From Candidatus Omnitrophota bacterium (GTDB lineage: Bacteria; Omnitrophota; Gorgyraeia; 2-01-FULL-45-10), in assembly GCA_903843285.1 (NCBI GenBank), contig CAIMPC010000010.1:968-64967 (forward strand): a stretch of 64,000 bases of DNA, in the 5' to 3' direction. This document shows, piece after piece, positions 59,440 to 64,000 of this stretch (positions are counted from its first letter, which is position 1; every line of letters starts with the position of its first letter). The notes beneath the pieces are model-generated. The model saw only the letters and a list, made by a program, of their open reading frames with translations. It ran no database searches and was not told where the DNA came from. The position numbers and the translations under genes were made by a program.

Positions 59440-60756
59440 ATGACCTACCAAGAAGCTTTACAATATCTTAGCCAATTCATAGATTTCGAAAAGAAAGATA
59501 GCTACTCATATAACCTTTCCTTCAAGCTCGACAGGATGAGAATGTTGTGCTCTCTTCTGGGCGATCCTCAGGTCGGGATGAAGTCCATACATGTCGCGGG
59601 CACTAAGGGTAAGGGTTCCACCGCCGCAATAATTCAATCGATTCTTATGGTTTCAGGATTCCGTGTCGGGCTCTATACATCTCCGCACCTTGTATCGTTC
59701 CGCGAGAGGATAAGAATAGGAGACGAAATAATATCCGAGGAAGATGTCTGCGCCCACCTGGGCACAGTGAGGATCGCTGTGGATAAGATGGGCCAGGATA
59801 AACCCTCATTCTTCGAGGTGTATACTGCGCTGGCATTCCTTTATTTCAAAGACAAAGATATCGATTTTGCCGTTTATGAAACCGGCCTGGGGGGAAGATT
59901 AGATGCAACCAACGTTATAGACCCGTTGGTATCGGCAATTACCCCTATAAGTTTTGATCATACGCAAATCCTGGGGGATAGCCTTGCAAAGATAGCCATG
60001 GAGAAGGCCGGAATTATTAAAGAAGATGGTATATGCGTCTCGGCTCCGCAGGAGGATGAGGCGCTGAAAGTTATAGATGACGTATGCGCCGAGAAAGGTT
60101 CCCAGCTGATATTGGTCGGCCGCGACATAATTTTTAAAGACCTGAGTGCCAGCGACGAAGAGATGGTATTTAATCTGACAGGATTGTTCGGTAAGCATGC
60201 AAACCTGCATCTGAAACTTCTCGGATTTCATCAGATGGTAAATGCCGCGGTGGCTATAGGAGTGGTCGATTCACTCCGCCTGAGCGGGATATCGGTAGGG
60301 GATGACGCGATAAGGAAGGGCATCGAGTCCGCCAGATGGCCGGGCAGGCTCGAGGTGGTGAGAAAGAGAAGCCCGCGCATTATACTCGATGGCGCCCAGA
60401 ATAAGGCCAGCGCCGATCAGCTGTCGCGATCAGTCAGGAGATTGTTCAAGTATAAGAGATTGATCCTCGTCCTGGGAGTATCCAAAGATAAAGACATTAA
60501 GGGTATATTGAAAGAGCTTGTGCCGATAGCAGATTCTATAGTACTGACAAAATCGAAACTAATCGAGCGCGCTATGGAGCCCGAGCGGATAAAAGATTTG
60601 ATAACACCAAAAACGAAAGATGTCGCTGTCACTATGAGCACTAAAGAAGCGCTCGATAAGGCGATGTCTCAGGCAAGCCCGTCGGATCTTATTCTGGTGA
60701 CGGGATCGCTATTTGTGGTGGGTGAGGCGCGGGAAATTCTGGTGAAGAATGAGTAG
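59440..60756 (+). CDS. folC: Folylpolyglutamate / dihydrofolate synthase
   Basis: HVAGTKGKGS, YTSPHL, ETGLGGRLDATN, WPGR, GSLF.VG. Confidence 0.96.
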   Translation: MTYQEALQYLSQFIDFEKKDSYSYNLSFKLDRMRMLCSLLGDPQVGMKSIHVAGTKGKGSTAAIIQSILMVSGFRVGLYTSPHLVSFRERIRIGDEIISEEDVCAHLGTVRIAVDKMGQDKPSFFEVYTALAFLYFKDKDIDFAVYETGLGGRLDATNVIDPLVSAITPISFDHTQILGDSLAKIAMEKAGIIKEDGICVSAPQEDEALKVIDDVCAEKGSQLILVGRDIIFKDLSASDEEMVFNLTGLFGKHANLHLKLLGFHQMVNAAVAIGVVDSLRLSGISVGDDAIRKGIESARWPGRLEVVRKRSPRIILDGAQNKASADQLSRSVRRLFKYKRLILVLGVSKDKDIKGILKELVPIADSIVLTKSKLIERAMEPERIKDLITPKTKDVAVTMSTKEALDKAMSQASPSDLILVTGSLFVVGEAREILVKNE

Positions 60757-62152
60757 CGCAAAGAATATGATAATGGACCGGACCATAGTGGCGATATCCA
60801 CGCCCATCGGCGAAGGCGGTATAGGCATAGTCCGCTTAAGCGGTCCGTCGAGCTTCGCGATAGCCGATGAGATATTCTCACCCAGCTCCGGCAATAAGCC
60901 GTCAGAATGCCCGACGCATACGATCCATTATGGCAGGATCAAAGATCCCGGGACATCCGAGGTCCTGGATGAAGTGATAGTTACGTTAATGCGCGCGCCT
61001 AAGAGCTATACGAAAGAAGACGTTGTAGAGATAAATTGCCACGGGGGGATCCAGTCGGTTAAGAAGATCCTGGACCTTACGGTAAAGTGCGGCGCCAAAA
61101 TGGCCGAGCCGGGCGAGTTCACTAAGAGGGCATTTCTAAACGGCAGGATAGACCTGGCCCAGGCGGAAGCAGTCCTCGACGTCATACGCTCGAAAACCGA
61201 TGGCTCTCTGAAGGTTGCCATGGCTCAGCTCGATGGAGAGCTCTCCAGAAATATAAATGAGATAAGAGATCAAATATTGGATATCACATCGGAGATCGAA
61301 GCCGCGATAGATTTTCCGGAGGAAGAGATTAAAGATACCGAGCGAACGACGATATCGGAGGCCATAGATAAGGCTATAGCGCAACTGCACAAATTGATCA
61401 GTACTTACGACGAGGGCCAGATATTCAGAGAGGGAGTGCTTGCAGTAATATGCGGCAGGCCGAATGCGGGCAAGTCGAGCCTGATGAATCTTTTACTCAA
61501 AAGAGACAGGGTTATAGTCTCCGCCATACCAGGTACGACGCGTGACGCGGTCGAAGAGATGATCAGTCTGAGAGGTATCCCGATAAGGCTCGTAGATACA
61601 GCAGGTATAATAGATACTAAGGATCCTCTCGAGAGGGAGGGTATAATCCGCAGTAAAAGATATCTTGCCCGGGCGGATATAGTCATACTGCTTCTTGATT
61701 CCTCGGTCTATATGGAAGAGGCAGACAGGGATATCATAAAGATATGTGAAGGTAAGAAGGTCGTGGCGGTGTTGAATAAGACGGACCTTCCGAGAAAGAT
61801 AGATATTAAATCCGTTTGGGATATTTTACCGGGAAGCAAATTGATCGAGATATCGGTCGAGAAACGAAAAAATATAGAGATGCTCGAGAAAGAGATAGCT
61901 GACGTGATATGGTCCGGCGATTTCACGCAGGGGCAAGGCGCGATATTGAACAATGCCCGCCATAAGGAGCTCCTTGACAAAGCTCTTTCAAATATGCTAT
62001 CTGTTAAAAAGGCTTTTAAAGAGGACCAGCCTGAAGAGACATTGTCTATCGACCTGAAGGAAGCGATAACGGCCTTGGGGCTTGTGATAGGTAAGTCAAT
62101 TTCAGACGATATACTGGATAGGATTTTCGAACGATTTTGCATAGGGAAGTGA
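60749..62152 (+). CDS. mnmE: tRNA modification GTPase MnmE
   Basis: AISTPIGEGGIGIVRLSG, GRPNAGKSS, PGTTRD, DTAG, FCIGK. Confidence 0.98.
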   Translation: MSSAKNMIMDRTIVAISTPIGEGGIGIVRLSGPSSFAIADEIFSPSSGNKPSECPTHTIHYGRIKDPGTSEVLDEVIVTLMRAPKSYTKEDVVEINCHGGIQSVKKILDLTVKCGAKMAEPGEFTKRAFLNGRIDLAQAEAVLDVIRSKTDGSLKVAMAQLDGELSRNINEIRDQILDITSEIEAAIDFPEEEIKDTERTTISEAIDKAIAQLHKLISTYDEGQIFREGVLAVICGRPNAGKSSLMNLLLKRDRVIVSAIPGTTRDAVEEMISLRGIPIRLVDTAGIIDTKDPLEREGIIRSKRYLARADIVILLLDSSVYMEEADRDIIKICEGKKVVAVLNKTDLPRKIDIKSVWDILPGSKLIEISVEKRKNIEMLEKEIADVIWSGDFTQGQGAILNNARHKELLDKALSNMLSVKKAFKEDQPEETLSIDLKEAITALGLVIGKSISDDILDRIFERFCIGK

Positions 62153-62164
62153 CAGGAGAATATA

Positions 62165-62722
62165 ATGGATAAGAAGCGAATTGAAAAAGCTGTCAGGGAG
62201 ATACTTTTGGCCGTAGGAGAGGATGTCACGCGGCATGATATAAAGGATACGCCGAGCAGGGTTGCAGATATGTATGAGGAGATACTCGGCGGCACTAAGG
62301 TTAATCCTGAGAAAGAGCTCGAGGTGGTCTTTGAGAAAGAACACGACGAGATAGTGCTCTTAAAAGGCATTCCGCTATATTCCATGTGTGAACATCATAT
62401 GCTGCCATTTATCGGTACCGCGCATGTGGCGTATATACCCAGCCATAATCGCGTAACCGGTTTAAGTAAGATAGTAAGGGTGGTCGATACGTTCTCCAGG
62501 CGCCTACAGGTACAGGAGCGGCTCACCACCGACATCGCGGATCTTATCATGAGGAAGCTGAAGCCGAAAGGCGTACTGGTGGTCATCGAGGCCGAACATC
62601 TCTGCATGAGCATGAGAGGTGTCAATAAGCCGGGCGTTATGACCGTAACCAGCGCTGTGCGCGGAATATTCCTGAAGAGCGATAAGACCAGATCCGAAGC
62701 CCTCGCGCTAATTCGCAGTTGA
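62165..62722 (+). CDS. folE: GTP cyclohydrolase I
   Basis: [35 protein letters not shown]. Confidence 0.98.
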   Translation: MDKKRIEKAVREILLAVGEDVTRHDIKDTPSRVADMYEEILGGTKVNPEKELEVVFEKEHDEIVLLKGIPLYSMCEHHMLPFIGTAHVAYIPSHNRVTGLSKIVRVVDTFSRRLQVQERLTTDIADLIMRKLKPKGVLVVIEAEHLCMSMRGVNKPGVMTVTSAVRGIFLKSDKTRSEALALIRS

Positions 62723-62795
62723 TGAGGGGCGATTGCGCCCGATATTAGTATTGAATTACCCCGCACCATATAATATAATATCCGTATTATAATAT

Positions 62796-63242
62796 ATGGA
62801 CCCATTTTTCGAATTCAGCAAAAATTATATATTTTTCACGTCCTTGGCGGCCTGGGCGATAGCTCAGACCATAAAGGTCGCGCTTGGCGTGATCAGGGAG
62901 AAGCGCTTTAACTTCAGGTGGTTTGTCGGGACCGGAGGTATGCCCAGCGCGCATGCCGCAAGTGTCGCATCCCTATCCACTTCGATCGGAATAACCTACG
63001 GTTTCGATTCCGCGTTATTCGCAGTAACCTTAGCGTTCACCCTTATAGTTATGTTCGATGCCCAGAGTCTTAGATACTCCTCGGGCAGACAGGCCGAGAT
63101 ATTGAATAAGATGCTCGACGATATATATTGGAAACATAAGCTGGACGATGAGAAACTCAAGGAATTTTTAGGCCATACGCCGATACAGGTATTTGTCGGG
63201 GCGGGCCTTGGGATAGTCGTATCGTTACTGCTTTATAAATAG
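62796..63242 (+). CDS. Divergent PAP2 family (DUF212) membrane protein
   Basis: AQ.IK, GGMPSAH, VMFDA, GRQA.ILN, LGHTP. Confidence 0.92.
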   Translation: MDPFFEFSKNYIFFTSLAAWAIAQTIKVALGVIREKRFNFRWFVGTGGMPSAHAASVASLSTSIGITYGFDSALFAVTLAFTLIVMFDAQSLRYSSGRQAEILNKMLDDIYWKHKLDDEKLKEFLGHTPIQVFVGAGLGIVVSLLLYK

Positions 63243-63250
63243 GATACATT

Positions 63251-64000
63251 GTGCCTGACCTGAATTTAAATAAGAAGATCACGATAATCGTAATAGGCGT
63301 CATTCTCCTATTAATAGCATCCATTGCGCTATATCAGATAGTGGCCAATATCGTATCTCCTTACCATGGGCCGCACGTGACTATTCCGGAGCCGCCAAAA
63401 ATAATCCAGAAAGTCGCAGACCAGCCATCCGATGATACCGTTATTAAGTCCTCCGAAGCCGTCATAGCCGCCAATCCCGAATCGGTTAAGGCCGAAGACG
63501 CCTACTGGCGCCTGGCCTCCACGTATGAGAAGAAGCAGGATCTGTTAAAATCGAGAGAGATATATCAGAAGCTGGTCGAGAAGTTTCCATCTTCTGTGAA
63601 TGTTGCGAAGGCGCAAAATGCCCTGGAAGAGATCAATGTAAGGCTGTTGTTTTCCGGAATACCTACAGAGGATTCTATCGTTTACGAAGTCCAGAAGGGT
63701 GATAACCTGGCCAGGATAGCTAAAAAGTTTAATACGACAGTGGAGCTTATTTCGAAATCAAATGCCCTTAAGGCGGACTTCTTACGATACGGTAAAAGAC
63801 TTAAGATCGCAAAGCATAAATTCAGCATAGTGGTAGATAAGTCTCAGAATATTCTGACGCTTAAGGCAGATGGCAACCTCTTTAAGACGTATAATGTATC
63901 CACCGGGAAGAATTCTTGTACCCCAGTTGGTACGTTTACGATTATCACAAAGATCGTCGATCCTCCATGGTATCCCCCTAAAGGGAAGGTCATAATGCCG
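63251..64000 (+). CDS. Membrane-anchored TPR-LysM-YkuD L,D-transpeptidase, 3'-truncated by window edge (not in ORF track)
   Basis: GTG start; TM; Y.KLVEKFPSS; YEVQKGDNLARIAKKFNTT (LysM); IVVDKSQN.L, YNVSTG, TPVGTF, DPPW. Confidence 0.9.
   Translation, partial: MPDLNLNKKITIIVIGVILLLIASIALYQIVANIVSPYHGPHVTIPEPPKIIQKVADQPSDDTVIKSSEAVIAANPESVKAEDAYWRLASTYEKKQDLLKSREIYQKLVEKFPSSVNVAKAQNALEEINVRLLFSGIPTEDSIVYEVQKGDNLARIAKKFNTTVELISKSNALKADFLRYGKRLKIAKHKFSIVVDKSQNILTLKADGNLFKTYNVSTGKNSCTPVGTFTIITKIVDPPWYPPKGKVIMP

Noticed and set aside
97-62805. Numerous minus-strand and alternate-frame ORFs in the track (e.g. 5975-6571, 34497-35210, 53992-54603, 61708-62385)
   Set aside because: They overlap well-supported plus-strand genes and show no recognisable motifs; treated as shadow ORFs

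Overview
Gene-dense bacterial chromosomal window in which every credible gene (about 59 CDS) lies on the + strand. Gene style and a very large Sec-exported multidomain protein suggest Candidatus Omnitrophota (PVC); this is inference, not a database result. Housekeeping genes sit at both ends (typA, two ABC-F ATPases, TrmH; gpmA, purH, folC, mnmE, folE, an L,D-transpeptidase). The centre (19.7-47.4 kb) holds three notable modules. (1) A phosphatidylinositol-type lipid operon combining Ino1, a CDP-alcohol phosphotransferase, an archaeal-type CarS-like cytidylyltransferase, two PlsC acyltransferases and GtrA. (2) A PomZ-like ParA ATPase flanked by coiled-coil proteins and a 42-aa TPR protein. (3) A ROK regulator, Zn-finger, atypical TolC (extra beta-hairpin), MFP and two modified RND subunits, followed by a 1,894-aa exported protein with Tiki/TraB-like, HExxH and UDP-sugar pyrophosphorylase-like regions; an AAAGTTAGT motif occurs at both promoters. 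Module 3 is my best candidate for an undescribed system, possibly a two-step protein export apparatus. Two copies of a palindromic repeat occur, one in frame in a cyclophilin ORF. No rRNA, tRNA, CRISPR or transposase was seen. All family calls come from motif recognition by eye.
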